A stretch of 64,000 nt of DNA from Wohlfahrtiimonas larvae (GTDB taxonomy: Bacteria > Pseudomonadota > Gammaproteobacteria > Cardiobacteriales > Wohlfahrtiimonadaceae), in NCBI GenBank assembly GCA_040394195.1, contig JBEBSR010000001.1:25585-89584 (forward strand), given 5' to 3'. This document shows positions 21,299-32,225 of the stretch, one piece after another (position 1 is the first letter of the stretch; every line of letters starts with the position of its first letter). The notes under the pieces were generated by a model. That model did not search any database. It worked only from the letters and a program-made list of their open reading frames with translations, and was not told the DNA's origin. A program made the position numbers and the translations under genes.

Positions 21299-22651
21299 TT
21301 ATTTTTCATCTTTTGGGAAGATTAAATTCAAAATAATCGCAGTGAAACCACCAGCTGCAATCCCTGATGAGAACAATGTTTTAATCATATCTGGTGCAAA
21401 TTGTAAAATCATTGGTTGCTGAGAAACGCCCATACCAACTGCTAATGATAATGCCATGATCATAATTGCACGGCGATTCAATGCTTCACGGGAAACAATA
21501 CGAACACCTGAAGCTGCAATCGTACCAAACATTACCAATGTTGCACCACCTAAAACTGGCTCTGGAATACGCTGAACAAACTGTGCTACTGCTGGAAATA
21601 AACCCAATAAAATTAGCATCCCTGAAACTACAAAACCCACATAACGGCTAGCCACACCTGTTAGTTGGATTACACCATTATTTTGACCAAAACATGAATT
21701 TGGGAACGTATTGAATACTGCTGAAACCATAGAGTTTAAACCATTGGCTAAAACGCCACCTTTTAAGCGTTTCATATACAAAGGGCCTTCCACAGGTTGA
21801 TCTGATACATCTGATGTTGCCGTGATATCACCAATCGTTTCCAATGATGTCACCATGAAAATTAAGATCAATGGTAATAATAAATTCCAATCAAATGATA
21901 AGCCATAATAGAAAGGCTCAGGAATAGAAACTAATGGTACTTCTTCTAATACTTTTGTTGGCAACATATCCGTTGCCCATGCAACGATATAACCGACAGC
22001 CATCGCGATCACTAATGAAGCAATACGTAAGTAAGGATTTTTTTGGCGATTCAATAAAATAATTACTGCCAAAACAGATGCTGCTAATAATAAATATTTT
22101 GGTGAACCAAATGTATTATCTGCTAATGCATCATAACCGCCACCAATGGATGTTAAGCCCACTTGGATTAGCGATAAACCGATGATCATCACCACGATCC
22201 CTGAAACTAATGGCGTAATGATACGACGTGCTAAATGTAATGTACGAGACAAAATCACTTCTGTCATAGCTGCAACTAATAATGTACCGAATAACGCTGC
22301 CATCATTGCATTATCATCTAATCCGCCAGTTTTTAACGCTGTGCCACCCATAATTAATGGCGCAACAAAGTTAAAACTCGTACCCTGAATAGACAAAAGA
22401 CCAGATCCAACTGGTCCCCATGCGCGAATTTGAATCAATGATGCAATGCCCGATGCAAATAAGGACATGCTGATAATACGCTGAGTATCATGCGCAGATA
22501 AACCTAAAGCCTGGCAAATGATCATTGCTGGTGTAATCACTGCAACAAACATCGCTAGAAGATGCTGAAAAGCTGCAAAGATGGTTTGGGGCAATGGCGG
22601 TTTATCTTCTAAACCATAAATTAAATCACTTTTGACAGCCTGCTCTGACAT
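21299..22651 (-). CDS. xanP: Xanthine permease (NCS2 family, XanP-like)
   Basis: [16 protein letters not shown]2 signature [35 protein letters not shown]. Start placed at MSEQAV. Confidence 0.85.
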   Translation of the reverse strand: MSEQAVKSDLIYGLEDKPPLPQTIFAAFQHLLAMFVAVITPAMIICQALGLSAHDTQRIISMSLFASGIASLIQIRAWGPVGSGLLSIQGTSFNFVAPLIMGGTALKTGGLDDNAMMAALFGTLLVAAMTEVILSRTLHLARRIITPLVSGIVVMIIGLSLIQVGLTSIGGGYDALADNTFGSPKYLLLAASVLAVIILLNRQKNPYLRIASLVIAMAVGYIVAWATDMLPTKVLEEVPLVSIPEPFYYGLSFDWNLLLPLILIFMVTSLETIGDITATSDVSDQPVEGPLYMKRLKGGVLANGLNSMVSAVFNTFPNSCFGQNNGVIQLTGVASRYVGFVVSGMLILLGLFPAVAQFVQRIPEPVLGGATLVMFGTIAASGVRIVSREALNRRAIMIMALSLAVGMGVSQQPMILQFAPDMIKTLFSSGIAAGGFTAIILNLIFPKDEK

Positions 22652-22772
22652 TCTGGGATTCTCCTGATCGCAAAATGCGCATTGTAATCTTGATAGAAAA
22701 AAAGGCAAGCAGATATTTATTTTTATTTAAAACAAATAAAAAAGGCTAGATTTTCATCTAGCCTTTCTATTA

Positions 22773-22848
22773 TGGTGGGTAGTGAGGGGTTCGAACCCCC
22801 GACCCTCGCCTTGTAAGGGCGATGCTCTACCAGCTGAGCTAACTACCC
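22773..22848 (-). tRNA. tRNA-Val (TAC), copy 2
   Basis: GGGTAGTTAGCTCAGCTGGTAGAGCATCGCCCTTACAAGGCGAGGGTCGGGGGTTCGAACCCCTCACTACCCACCA. Confidence 0.98.
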
Positions 22849-22860
22849 GAGTAGGTGCGT

Positions 22861-22889
22861 ATAATACTGAATGGCCTTGATCATGTCAA
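22861..22889 (-). promoter_or_regulatory. sigma70 promoter for tRNA-Val copy 2
   Basis: TTGACA (22889-22884), 17-nt spacer, TATTAT (22866-22861). Confidence 0.75.
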
Positions 22890-22972
22890 TCTCTTTCGAT
22901 GATCAATTTATTACCAATCAACTTGCTAACGACTTAAGCAATACAACACTAGATTTCTCTAGTCTTTCGATA

Positions 22973-23048
22973 TGGTGGGTAGTGAGGGGTTCGAACCCCC
23001 GACCCTCGCCTTGTAAGGGCGATGCTCTACCAGCTGAGCTAACTACCC
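22973..23048 (-). tRNA. tRNA-Val (TAC), copy 1
   Basis: Identical 76-nt copy exactly 200 nt upstream. Confidence 0.98.
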
Positions 23049-23061
23049 GAAAGAGGAACGT

Positions 23062-23090
23062 ATAATAACGAACAGATCATACGTTGTCAA
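23062..23090 (-). promoter_or_regulatory. sigma70 promoter for tRNA-Val copy 1
   Basis: TTGACA (23090-23085), 17-nt spacer, TATTAT (23067-23062). Confidence 0.75.
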
Positions 23091-23116
23091 TTTTATATTT
23101 GATCAAAGATTAACCA

Positions 23117-25036
23117 CTATGCTTCACTACCAACCAATGCTGATTTCAAAATATGCGGCTTGATCTTACCCATCACATGCATTTCACATGGTCGGCATTT
23201 GAATTCTAAGCGAATTTCTTCATCTTGATGCATTAAAACCATCGGCTCAGCACGAACTTGTCCTTGAACACCTTTCACACCTTTCGCTTGTTTTGGGCAT
23301 AAATTATACGCAAAACGTAAGCAGTGTTTCGTGATCATCACAGGCACTTCACCTTTTTCTTGGTGAGCTTCATACGCTGGTTCGATCAATTTTACGCCAT
23401 GCTCTTCATAAAACTCACGTGCTTTCTGATTATAAACATTCTCTAAGTATGTAATATGCTCAGAAGGATACGCTGCTTTATCTTCACTTTCATACAAACG
23501 AACACCACGTTCATTGCTTTCAATATAAGCAACACGCAATTGTTCAATCGCATCTCGACGAATTTGATTCAATAAGCTTTTAGGCATGAATGGTGCTGTT
23601 TTAACATTCACTGTCACACTCTTGGCTTCAAAGATTGTTTCACCTAATTTCTGTAAACCATCTTCCACGCCTTGCAATGTTTTTTCAACATTATTAGCTG
23701 CTTCAAATTCGCCTTCGATTGGATAAGTTACTGCTAAACCATCTTCACCAATCATTACCAAATCGTATTTGCCATCAGTTTCTTGGAAAATAATATCAAT
23801 GCCAATTTTGCGGCTCGATGATTCTCGTGTTAATAACTTCTGCCAAGCTGTATCTGCATTACGATATAGAACCTGCCCTGCTTTTACTTTATCAATATTC
23901 TCTGGTGCTTCTTCATGCCAATAAACTAAATAATGTTTATCACCAATCTCTTTCACTTCACTTGCACGGAAGCCTACAACTTCACGCTTGATTAAAACAT
24001 TTAAACCATCGCCATTCGCTAAAGGCTCAGCTGTTTTAACTTCTAAGTGATTACCACCAAATTTTAAAACCTCGCCCACTTCAACACCACGGAATTTTGG
24101 TGAATCAAATGCACCGATATCATCTTTTCTATCATTCACGAAGTAATCAGTTGAACCACGATTAAAAGTTTTATCAGGGTTAGGAATAAAATGATGAACT
24201 GTTGTGCCGAGTGAACTGCGAGAATAATCAGGATTCACATCCAAGAATTGATCCAACATTTGGCGATAATGCGCTGTGATATTCTTTGAATAAGCCATAT
24301 CTTTATAGCGCCCTTCAATCTTGAAGGATTGCACACCTGCATTGACCAATTCGCCTAAGTTTTCCGTTTGGTTATTATCCTTCATGGACAACAAGTGCTT
24401 ATCAAAAGCAACCACGCGCCCTTCCTTATCTTTCAAAGTATAAGGCAAGCGGCAAGCTTGAGAACAATCGCCACGATTTGCGCTTCGTCCTGTATCTGCA
24501 TGGGAAATATAACATTGCCCAGAGAACGCTACACACAAAGCACCATGAATGAAGAATTCTAAAGGCGTATCCACAGTGTCATTGATCGCTTTAATTTCTT
24601 TCAACGACAATTCACGCGCCAAAACTAACTGAGAGAAGCCCACTGTTGACAAGAATTTAGCACGATCTAAAGTACGGATATCCGTTTGCGTGGAAGCATG
24701 CAACTCAATGGATGGAATGTCCATTTTGAGAACGCCCATATCCTGCACGATCAAAGCATCTACACCCGCATCATACAATTCATGGATCAACTTGCGGCCT
24801 TTCTCCAATTCATCGTCATGCAAGATCGTGTTAAATGTCACAAAGATTTTCGCATGATACTGCGATGCAAAATCTACTAATTTTGCAATATCCGAAACAC
24901 TATTATCCGCATTGTAGCGCGCACCAAAACTTGGGCCACCCAAATAAACCGCATCTGCACCATGCAAAATTGCCTCACGCCCGATCTCAATGTCGCGCGC
25001 AGGACTTAAAAGTTCTAATTGATTATATTTTAACAT
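23117..25036 (-). CDS. rlhA: U32 family protein, 23S rRNA C2501 hydroxylase
   Basis: LELLSPARD..IGREAILHGADAVY, HGALCVAFSGQCYIS, RSANRGDCSQACRLPY, FKIEGRYK; length and C-terminal extension like E. coli RlhA/YdcP. Confidence 0.88.
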   Translation of the reverse strand: MLKYNQLELLSPARDIEIGREAILHGADAVYLGGPSFGARYNADNSVSDIAKLVDFASQYHAKIFVTFNTILHDDELEKGRKLIHELYDAGVDALIVQDMGVLKMDIPSIELHASTQTDIRTLDRAKFLSTVGFSQLVLARELSLKEIKAINDTVDTPLEFFIHGALCVAFSGQCYISHADTGRSANRGDCSQACRLPYTLKDKEGRVVAFDKHLLSMKDNNQTENLGELVNAGVQSFKIEGRYKDMAYSKNITAHYRQMLDQFLDVNPDYSRSSLGTTVHHFIPNPDKTFNRGSTDYFVNDRKDDIGAFDSPKFRGVEVGEVLKFGGNHLEVKTAEPLANGDGLNVLIKREVVGFRASEVKEIGDKHYLVYWHEEAPENIDKVKAGQVLYRNADTAWQKLLTRESSSRKIGIDIIFQETDGKYDLVMIGEDGLAVTYPIEGEFEAANNVEKTLQGVEDGLQKLGETIFEAKSVTVNVKTAPFMPKSLLNQIRRDAIEQLRVAYIESNERGVRLYESEDKAAYPSEHITYLENVYNQKAREFYEEHGVKLIEPAYEAHQEKGEVPVMITKHCLRFAYNLCPKQAKGVKGVQGQVRAEPMVLMHQDEEIRLEFKCRPCEMHVMGKIKPHILKSALVGSEA

Positions 25037-25058
25037 TTCTACAAATCTATAAAGTTGC

Positions 25059-26426
25059 TTAAGCGCTCTTGTCCATTTTCTTCTTGATTTGGTAACCCAT
25101 AAATGTGATGACTAACCAAGCAGGAATCACAAATACGGCAGGCTTAAAGCTACCCAACTGAGTCATTGCACCTACAACAATTAATAAGAAGATTAAACAA
25201 AAGTAGTTCACATAAGGGAAAAATGGTGTTTTAAATTTTAATTTTTCACCTGCATGCGCTTTTCTAAAACGCAAATGCATGATGATGATTAAGCCCCAAG
25301 TGATCACAGCTGCTGCAATCGCAACTGACATCACAATCATAAATGCACCATTTGGTACCAAAAGATTAATCACAACTGCAATTAAAGTCACAGCTGATGA
25401 GAATAGAATTGCCGAATAGGGCACGCTATTTTTGCTCAATTTCAAAAATACTTTAGGTGCATGTCTCTGTTCAGCTAAACCATACAACATACGACCATTA
25501 CTATAAATACCACTGTTATACACAGAAATTGCAGCTGTTAAAATGATGAAATTCAAAATACCCGCAACATTCGGCAAACCTAATTGATCAAACACTAATA
25601 CAAATGGGCTGATGCCAGCTTTGATATCAGTCCATGGTACCAATATCAACATAATCACAATTGAGCCAACATAAAACAATAAAATTCTCCACATCACTTG
25701 TTTAATCGCAATTGGAATCGTTTTTTCAGGATCTTCTGCTTCAGCAGCCGCAATCGCAATCATTTCTGTGCCACCAAATGAGAACATCACAATCACCAAT
25801 GAAACCCAAACACCCCAAGAACCATTCGGAAAAATATTACTCAATCCACCATTGCCATGATCCCAAAGGTTTGAAACTTTTACGGTAGATGTTTCAACAA
25901 ATAAGCCTTTGCCCACTAAATAAATGCCAAATACAATCATACCAACAACGGCTAAGACTTTAATTAAAGCGAGCCAAAATTCTGTTTCGCCAAAGAATTT
26001 TACGCTCGCAAGATTGATCGATGTGATGATGATAATGGTCGCAAGCACTGATGCCCACATTGGAAAATCTGGAAACCACTTAGTGATATAAACACCAATT
26101 GCTGATAATTCTGCCATACTCACGAGAATATAGAGCAACCAATAGTTCCAACCTGCGAGAAACCCTGCATATTCCCCACAATATTTATTTGCAAAGTAGC
26201 TAAAGGCACCTGAAACAGGCTCTTCTGTTGCCATTTCACCAATCATTCGCATGATCATATAGATCACAAAACCACCGAGCAAATAACCCAAAATTAAACC
26301 AGGGCCTGCTAATGGAATCGATTCCGCTGTACCATAAAATAGACCTGTACCAATACAACCGCCCAAAGCGATCATTTGGATATGTCTATTTTTCAAATTG
26401 CGCTTAAGCGCTTGCTTATTTTCCAT
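25059..26426 (-). CDS. APC amino-acid permease (AroP/PheP-like)
   Basis: LKNRHIQMIALGGCIGTGLF, GETEFWLALIKV, FSFGGTE, NSGIYSNGRMLY. Confidence 0.92.
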   Translation of the reverse strand: MENKQALKRNLKNRHIQMIALGGCIGTGLFYGTAESIPLAGPGLILGYLLGGFVIYMIMRMIGEMATEEPVSGAFSYFANKYCGEYAGFLAGWNYWLLYILVSMAELSAIGVYITKWFPDFPMWASVLATIIIITSINLASVKFFGETEFWLALIKVLAVVGMIVFGIYLVGKGLFVETSTVKVSNLWDHGNGGLSNIFPNGSWGVWVSLVIVMFSFGGTEMIAIAAAEAEDPEKTIPIAIKQVMWRILLFYVGSIVIMLILVPWTDIKAGISPFVLVFDQLGLPNVAGILNFIILTAAISVYNSGIYSNGRMLYGLAEQRHAPKVFLKLSKNSVPYSAILFSSAVTLIAVVINLLVPNGAFMIVMSVAIAAAVITWGLIIIMHLRFRKAHAGEKLKFKTPFFPYVNYFCLIFLLIVVGAMTQLGSFKPAVFVIPAWLVITFMGYQIKKKMDKSA

Positions 26427-26513
26427 GATTCATTTTTTTGAGTAATAAAGTAGCCATGATAAGTCATCTAAAAAAAATAACAAAGGGCTGGTGATATTAA
26501 ATAACAATCATAA

Positions 26514-26541
26514 AAAAACCTCTGTAACAACAGAGGTTTTT
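26514..26541 (-). terminator. ftsH terminator
   Basis: AAAAACCTCTGT/ACAGAGGTTTTT stem with a T-tract. Confidence 0.8.
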
Positions 26542-26556
26542 CAAATTCAAGATAGA

Positions 26557-28434
26557 TTATGCAAAATCTAAAGTTGGTGGTGTTGGTTCAGCCTTTGGAG
26601 CATTATTACCATCATCTTTTGATTTTGTATTCAATGAAGAATCACTCAACTCACGATCATTCATAATATCATCAACTTGTTTAGCATCAATTGTTTCGAC
26701 ATCTAACAATATTTCAGCCATACGATGTAAGCGATCAATGTCATCTTCTAAAACTTGCTTCGCTCTTGCATAGTTAGATTCAACAATGCGGCGAGTTTCT
26801 TCATCAATCAATTGTGCAGTTTCGTTAGAGATGATTTCTTGGCGTGATCCACGACCACCAATTCCGCCATCACCTTCACCAAAGAATAAGAAGCCAACTT
26901 TGTCAGATAATCCCCATTTAGTTACCATCTTACGAGCCATATCTGTTGAATGTTGAATATCACTCATTGCGCCTGTTGTTACTTTGTCATAACCGAAGAT
27001 GATCTCTTCAGCAATACGACCGCCGAACACCATCGCCATTTTATTATTCAACCATTCGCGAGAATTACTCACTTTATCATTTTCAGGCAATGTCCAAGTT
27101 ACACCCAAAGCTCTGCCACGAGGAATGATTGTTACTTTATACACAGGATCTGATTTCAAACGATAAGCAACGATTGCATGCCCAGCTTCATGATAAGCAG
27201 TTAGCTTCATTTCATCAGCTGTCATCATCAATGAACGGCGTTCTGCACCCATATAAATCTTATCTTTGGCATTCTCCATATCATCCATGCCAACTTCATT
27301 TTTATTTTCACGTGCTGCAAATAATGCACCTTCATTCACAAGGTTTGCTAAATCCGCACCCGAGAAACCTGGTGTGCCTTTTGCTAGGCTCAAGATATCA
27401 ACATCAGCAGCAATCGGCACTTTACGCAAATGTACTTTCAAGATCGCTTCACGACCTTTAATGTCTGGTAATGGTACTGTTACTTGGCGGTCAAAACGGC
27501 CAGGACGTAACAATGCAGGATCCAATACATCCACGCGGTTTGTGGCTGCAATAATGATGATGCCTGAATTATCACTAAAACCATCCATTTCAACCAACAT
27601 TTGGTTCAATGTTTGTTCACGCTCATCATGACCACCACCTAAACCTGAACCACGATGACGACCTACTGCATCGATTTCATCAATAAAGATGATGCATGGT
27701 GCATGCTTTTTAGCTTGCTCAAACATATCACGAACACGTGCAGCACCAACACCTACGAACATTTCCATGAAATCGGAACCTGAAATCGTAAAGAAAGGTA
27801 CGCCAGCTTCGCCTGCAATTGCTTTCGCCAACAATGTTTTACCCGTTCCTGGTGGCCCAACCATTAAAATGCCTTTTGGCATTTTTCCACCCAAACGCTG
27901 AAATCTTGTTGGATCTCTTAAGAAATCTACAACTTCACCCACTTCTTGTTTAGCTTCATCCGCACCTGCCACATCAGAAAAACGAGTTTTAACTTCGTCA
28001 GCTGATAGCATTTTTGCTTTAGATTTACCAAAACTCATAGGATTTTTACCACCACCACCTGATTGGCGCATCATGAACATGATTAAACCAAATAAGATTA
28101 AGATCGGTAATAAGTTCAATATGATAGATAGCAAAATTCCGCGAGAACGCATTTCTTTACCCACAATGGTAACGTTCTTATCACGTAATGTATCAATCAA
28201 CATACCATTACTAGTTTCAGGGTTATAAGTTGTAAAGCGCTGCCCACTACTATAGGTACCATTAATTTCTGGTCCAGCGATTGTTACTTCTTTCACACGC
28301 CCATCATTAATGGCATTCAAAAATTCTGAATAGGCAAGTCCCTGTCCTGGGGAACTGCCAAAGTTTTGAAATACAAGCAATACACCAAGTATTGCAACGA
28401 TCAAAACAATGATATCTCTTCCGTTATATTTCAA
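26557..28434 (-). CDS. ftsH: ATP-dependent Zn metalloprotease FtsH
   Basis: Two TM segments, [34 protein letters not shown] start. Confidence 0.99.
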   Translation of the reverse strand: MKYNGRDIIVLIVAILGVLLVFQNFGSSPGQGLAYSEFLNAINDGRVKEVTIAGPEINGTYSSGQRFTTYNPETSNGMLIDTLRDKNVTIVGKEMRSRGILLSIILNLLPILILFGLIMFMMRQSGGGGKNPMSFGKSKAKMLSADEVKTRFSDVAGADEAKQEVGEVVDFLRDPTRFQRLGGKMPKGILMVGPPGTGKTLLAKAIAGEAGVPFFTISGSDFMEMFVGVGAARVRDMFEQAKKHAPCIIFIDEIDAVGRHRGSGLGGGHDEREQTLNQMLVEMDGFSDNSGIIIIAATNRVDVLDPALLRPGRFDRQVTVPLPDIKGREAILKVHLRKVPIAADVDILSLAKGTPGFSGADLANLVNEGALFAARENKNEVGMDDMENAKDKIYMGAERRSLMMTADEMKLTAYHEAGHAIVAYRLKSDPVYKVTIIPRGRALGVTWTLPENDKVSNSREWLNNKMAMVFGGRIAEEIIFGYDKVTTGAMSDIQHSTDMARKMVTKWGLSDKVGFLFFGEGDGGIGGRGSRQEIISNETAQLIDEETRRIVESNYARAKQVLEDDIDRLHRMAEILLDVETIDAKQVDDIMNDRELSDSSLNTKSKDDGNNAPKAEPTPPTLDFA

Positions 28435-28576
28435 AAGATTAACCTCTACGCTAAGTTAAAAAATTGTCGTTCATGAGAATAAATTTCAAACTGCAACTAT
28501 ACCGAATATCTTTAATTTAGTCATCATTCAGACAAGAATGGGGTTGAAATTATCGAATTCAATAGCTGTTACAAAC

Positions 28577-29212
28577 TTATTCTGGCTTACCTTTAAAACC
28601 ACGTGCTAATAAATAAATCTCTGCACTTCTTGCACGTGATGCTTTAGGCTTTCTCGTCAACACTTTATCGAAGTTTGCACGAAGCAACTTCAAATATTCT
28701 TCAAAACCTTCACCTTGGAAGATTTTCATTAAATAATCGCCACCTGGTTTTAAATGATGAATAGAGAAATCAAAAGCCAATTCCAATAAATACATCATAC
28801 GAGGCTGATCAACACCTTTCACACCACTTGTATTCGGCGCCATATCCGAAATTACGATATCAATTTTACGACCATCCAATAAAGTCTCTAATTCATTCAA
28901 CACTGAGTCTTCACGGAAGTCACCAGTGATAATATCAACCCCTGCAATTGCACTCATTGGTAAAATATCCAATGCAAACACTTTGCCATTGTGGCCCACT
29001 TTATGCATCGCATATTGTGACCAACTACCCGGTGCTGCACCTAAATCTACCACCGTCATACCTGATTTGAACAATAAATCTTTTTCATCCATCTCAGAGA
29101 TTTTATAAATCGCGCGTGAACGCCAGCCCTCTTTTCGTGCACGCAACACATATTCATCATCATGATGTTCTTTTAACCAACGAGAGCTACTCGGTGTACG
29201 TTTTTTTCCCAT
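28577..29212 (-). CDS. rlmE: 23S rRNA Um2552 methyltransferase
   Basis: [40 protein letters not shown]. Confidence 0.98.
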   Translation of the reverse strand: MGKKRTPSSSRWLKEHHDDEYVLRARKEGWRSRAIYKISEMDEKDLLFKSGMTVVDLGAAPGSWSQYAMHKVGHNGKVFALDILPMSAIAGVDIITGDFREDSVLNELETLLDGRKIDIVISDMAPNTSGVKGVDQPRMMYLLELAFDFSIHHLKPGGDYLMKIFQGEGFEEYLKLLRANFDKVLTRKPKASRARSAEIYLLARGFKGKPE

Positions 29213-29226
29213 GCTTTAAATCACTT

Positions 29227-29940
29227 TTAATATTGCAATTGGGCGCAACCCCACAACATTTCCACTTCTTCAATGGTTAATGCTCGAAACTTGCCCGGTT
29301 GTAAATTATGATCCAGTTTCAACGGACCATACTGAATTCTTTGAAGATAAGTCACATATAAATTCACAGCCAAAAACATCTTTTTAACTTGATGGAACTT
29401 CCCTTCTGTAATTGTTACCCATGCTTCACTTTCATTTTGATTCGCATAGATAATCTCTAGTTTAGCAGGTGCACAACAAATTCCACCATAAAACTCAATA
29501 CCGCGCGCAAATTGTTCAATTTCTTGAGAAGTTAATAGACCATTTACTTTCACACGATAGACTTTTTCCACTTTATATTGTGGCATTGGTAAACGAAAGC
29601 TTAACTGACCATTATCTGTTAATAGCAATAGCCCTTCTGTATTTCTATCCAATCGACCAATTGGCCAAATGTCTTCAGAAAATTGATCGCATACAGTGGG
29701 CAATACTTTATCTTGTGTAGCAGAAATCAATCCCATTGGTTTATTTAACATATAATAATGATGCTGAATTAAACTATAGCTTTCACCACGAATAGACAAT
29801 TGATGGAATAAGCCATCCACTTCCATTTTATCATCAGCAACAATTTTACCATTAATACGAATAGCATTGGACTGAATGAGTTGATGAATTGCTTTTTTAG
29901 ATAGCTTCTGCTCTATTAATAAATACTGATAAAGATGCAT
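29227..29940 (-). CDS. RsuA-family pseudouridine synthase
   Basis: S4-like N-terminus, MLNKPMG, catalytic GRLDRNTEGLLLLT, EGKFHQVKKM. Confidence 0.9.
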   Translation of the reverse strand: MHLYQYLLIEQKLSKKAIHQLIQSNAIRINGKIVADDKMEVDGLFHQLSIRGESYSLIQHHYYMLNKPMGLISATQDKVLPTVCDQFSEDIWPIGRLDRNTEGLLLLTDNGQLSFRLPMPQYKVEKVYRVKVNGLLTSQEIEQFARGIEFYGGICCAPAKLEIIYANQNESEAWVTITEGKFHQVKKMFLAVNLYVTYLQRIQYGPLKLDHNLQPGKFRALTIEEVEMLWGCAQLQY

Positions 29941-30203
29941 TAACGATTTTTTTTCTGCTCTGATGCCAATATAAATGAACGAGCACGTGCCATCAAAAAT
30001 CCAGCACTCACAACACCATAAAAAAGCAATAGAATAAATTCATCTCTTTTAGATAAAGAAAAGAATGGTAAAATAATCACAAGGATTATACCCGCAACCA
30101 AAAACATTAGAGCCAACATTCTTAAACTTAAGAAAAGCTGGTGAATTCTTCGTGGTTGCGCTAAGCTTGCCTCCACTTTTTTTAGATTAGGATCGTTATT
30201 CAT
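29940..30203 (-). CDS. Small two-TM hypothetical protein
   Basis: Two hydrophobic helices; stop overlaps the next start; no SD at the annotated start. Confidence 0.45.
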   Translation of the reverse strand: MNNDPNLKKVEASLAQPRRIHQLFLSLRMLALMFLVAGIILVIILPFFSLSKRDEFILLLFYGVVSAGFLMARARSFILASEQKKNR

Positions 30204-30210
30204 GACTCAA

Positions 30211-30510
30211 ATGAAATTAACAAAAGAACACATACATGCTTTAAAAGGCCTCGCTCATCCAATGAAACCTGTATTAATTATGGGTGAAAAAGGCGTGACT
30301 GAATCATTCTTAGCAGAAGCAGAACGCGCTATAGAATATCATGAATTGATTAAAATCCGTATCTCTGGTGATGATCGTGAAGCAAAAAAAGCAATCGCTG
30401 CTGAAATCACAACTGCTTTGAATGCGGTGATGATTCAGCATATTGGCAACGTGATCACACTATTTAAACGTAATCATGAAGCACCAAAGATTTTCTTTTC
30501 AAATAAATAA
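30211..30510 (+). CDS. yhbY: YhbY/CRM RNA-binding ribosome assembly protein
   Basis: MKLTKEHIHALKGLAHPMKPV..MGEKGVT..HELIKIRI. Start 30202 or 30211. Confidence 0.92.
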   Translation: MKLTKEHIHALKGLAHPMKPVLIMGEKGVTESFLAEAERAIEYHELIKIRISGDDREAKKAIAAEITTALNAVMIQHIGNVITLFKRNHEAPKIFFSNK

Positions 30511-30514
30511 CATC

Positions 30515-30543
30515 AAAAACCCTTGTTCTCACAAGGGTTTTTT
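30515..30543. terminator. Bidirectional intrinsic terminator
   Basis: AAAAACCCTTGT-TCTC-ACAAGGGTTTTT. Confidence 0.85.
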
Positions 30544-30544
30544 C

Positions 30545-31168
30545 TTACTTTTCAGGGACCGCTGAAACTGCACTGATTACACTATAAGCATCTAAAACAC
30601 GTGCAATTATAGTAATTCTGAAATGCAGATACTTACATGATAGTTTATCATCACCCGTGCATTTACCTAAACCTAACTGTTGTACGATAAAAAACACACT
30701 ACCATCACCTGAAAATGTCCCCTTAAAGCCTTGTTGGATCAGATTATCCCAACCAGGTTTATTTGCTGTTGATCCTGTTAAACCACCTGTTTCTCTTAAT
30801 TCTGTCAATGCTTCATCAATCGTTTCATCTGAAATTGGATCACAGTTTTCTGCCCTATTTGCTAAAACATTGTTCCCCTCAGAATCTTTAATTGGATCAC
30901 CATTTGCATCTTTTGCAAATGCCCCGCAAATATCTCGCTTCGAGTATTTGGGTAAACCTCCAGCAGCAGTTATTAAGTTAGCTTCTAACTCATTCAAAGC
31001 TTGAATTGCCAAATCCTCCGCCTCTTGCTTAAACGTTACATACTGCACATTCAAAGTAGATGTTGTAGTTTGTTGATATAAACCAATACCTAAAATGGCA
31101 AAAATAATCAACATCATCAAAGTAATGAATAAAATAAAGCCTTTTTGTAATTGTTTTTGTATTCTCAT
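30545..31168 (-). CDS. PilX-like type IV minor pilin
   Basis: Class III signal QKG|FILFITLMMLIIFAILG without E5; C-terminal FRITIIAR motif. Confidence 0.75.
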   Translation of the reverse strand: MRIQKQLQKGFILFITLMMLIIFAILGIGLYQQTTTSTLNVQYVTFKQEAEDLAIQALNELEANLITAAGGLPKYSKRDICGAFAKDANGDPIKDSEGNNVLANRAENCDPISDETIDEALTELRETGGLTGSTANKPGWDNLIQQGFKGTFSGDGSVFFIVQQLGLGKCTGDDKLSCKYLHFRITIIARVLDAYSVISAVSAVPEK

Positions 31169-31179
31169 ATTTTTAATCT

Positions 31180-31548
31180 CTAGTGATCCCTTCCACTATA
31201 ATCAATAACTACTGTATATTTTTGAGCAGCTGTAACATTTTCTAAATTATCACCTTTATTTACAATAGTAATGGTTTGATCTGTCACTTTTATATCTTTC
31301 ATCATAGCATTCGCTGTAACCTCTAATTCACCAAAAGACTTATCTTCTAATTTATTATTCTGTGATAAATTTATTCTTGCAGTAAAATCATCAATTAAAA
31401 TTGGAATTGCCATATCAGTACCCAAATCACCCAAATCTGAGATTGCTCGATTCTGTAATTTCACTAAGCCAACAATTGCAATAGAGAAAATTCCTAAAGC
31501 AATTAGAAACTCTAGTAGAAATGAGCCTTTTTGTTGTTTTATTATCAT
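31180..31548 (-). CDS. PilV-like type IV minor pilin
   Basis: QKG|SFLLEFLIALGIFSIAIVGLVKLQ with E5. Confidence 0.72.
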   Translation of the reverse strand: MIIKQQKGSFLLEFLIALGIFSIAIVGLVKLQNRAISDLGDLGTDMAIPILIDDFTARINLSQNNKLEDKSFGELEVTANAMMKDIKVTDQTITIVNKGDNLENVTAAQKYTVVIDYSGRDH

Positions 31549-31641
31549 TTTACCCTCTAATTATCTCAGCATATTTCGACTATTCTATCAAAAATTATCA
31601 TTTTAGTAATCATCGCTGTCGTACTCACATGACCAAACAAA

Positions 31642-32217
31642 TTAATGGCATTGCGCCAATTTCAGCTGATCACCATAACTAATGCAATCAAACTCTAAAT
31701 TTTGATACAGAATTTCATCCAACACTTTAGCCATTTCTTGATTAATCTCATCAATTAATTGATCGCAGCTCTCATTATCTTTCACCGCTAAACCTAAGAT
31801 ATCCTGCTCAAAGTTTCTCAAGGAATCCTGCCAAATCTTTTCATGAAATTTTTCATGCTCCTCTAGTTTAATTTGCTCATTTTCAAAAGTTTGGCGGACC
31901 TTTAATGGATAATTGCCCATTTTCAAACGTGGCAATGTCATGACACTGTTTAATTCCATTTCGAAGGTTTTAGCTTTACATTGTCCATTATCATGCACCA
32001 AATTCATTCTACTAATCATGGTGGATGCTTCATAGCCACCAACAGTATGATTATCATTTGTCGACTCACTTAAATGTGAGGCTTCCATCATTGCTAACCT
32101 AATCATTTCAGCATTAGCAGGCGCAATATCATAATATTCTTTGGTTAAATTAACTTCTAACCCTTCAGCGAAGTTAACTAACATTAAAAAACTAATAAAA
32201 GCACCAATATTTTGCAT
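31642..32217 (-). CDS. DUF922-like secreted putative Zn protease
   Basis: Signal peptide, YYDI motif, MTLPRL, HEKFH (HExxH). Confidence 0.7.
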   Translation of the reverse strand: MQNIGAFISFLMLVNFAEGLEVNLTKEYYDIAPANAEMIRLAMMEASHLSESTNDNHTVGGYEASTMISRMNLVHDNGQCKAKTFEMELNSVMTLPRLKMGNYPLKVRQTFENEQIKLEEHEKFHEKIWQDSLRNFEQDILGLAVKDNESCDQLIDEINQEMAKVLDEILYQNLEFDCISYGDQLKLAQCH

Positions 32218-32225
32218 TTAATTCA

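Noticed and set aside
22773-23048. Duplicated tRNA-Val as attL/attR of a mobile element
   Set aside because: Both copies are full length with promoters and are only 124 nt apart, with no cargo between them.
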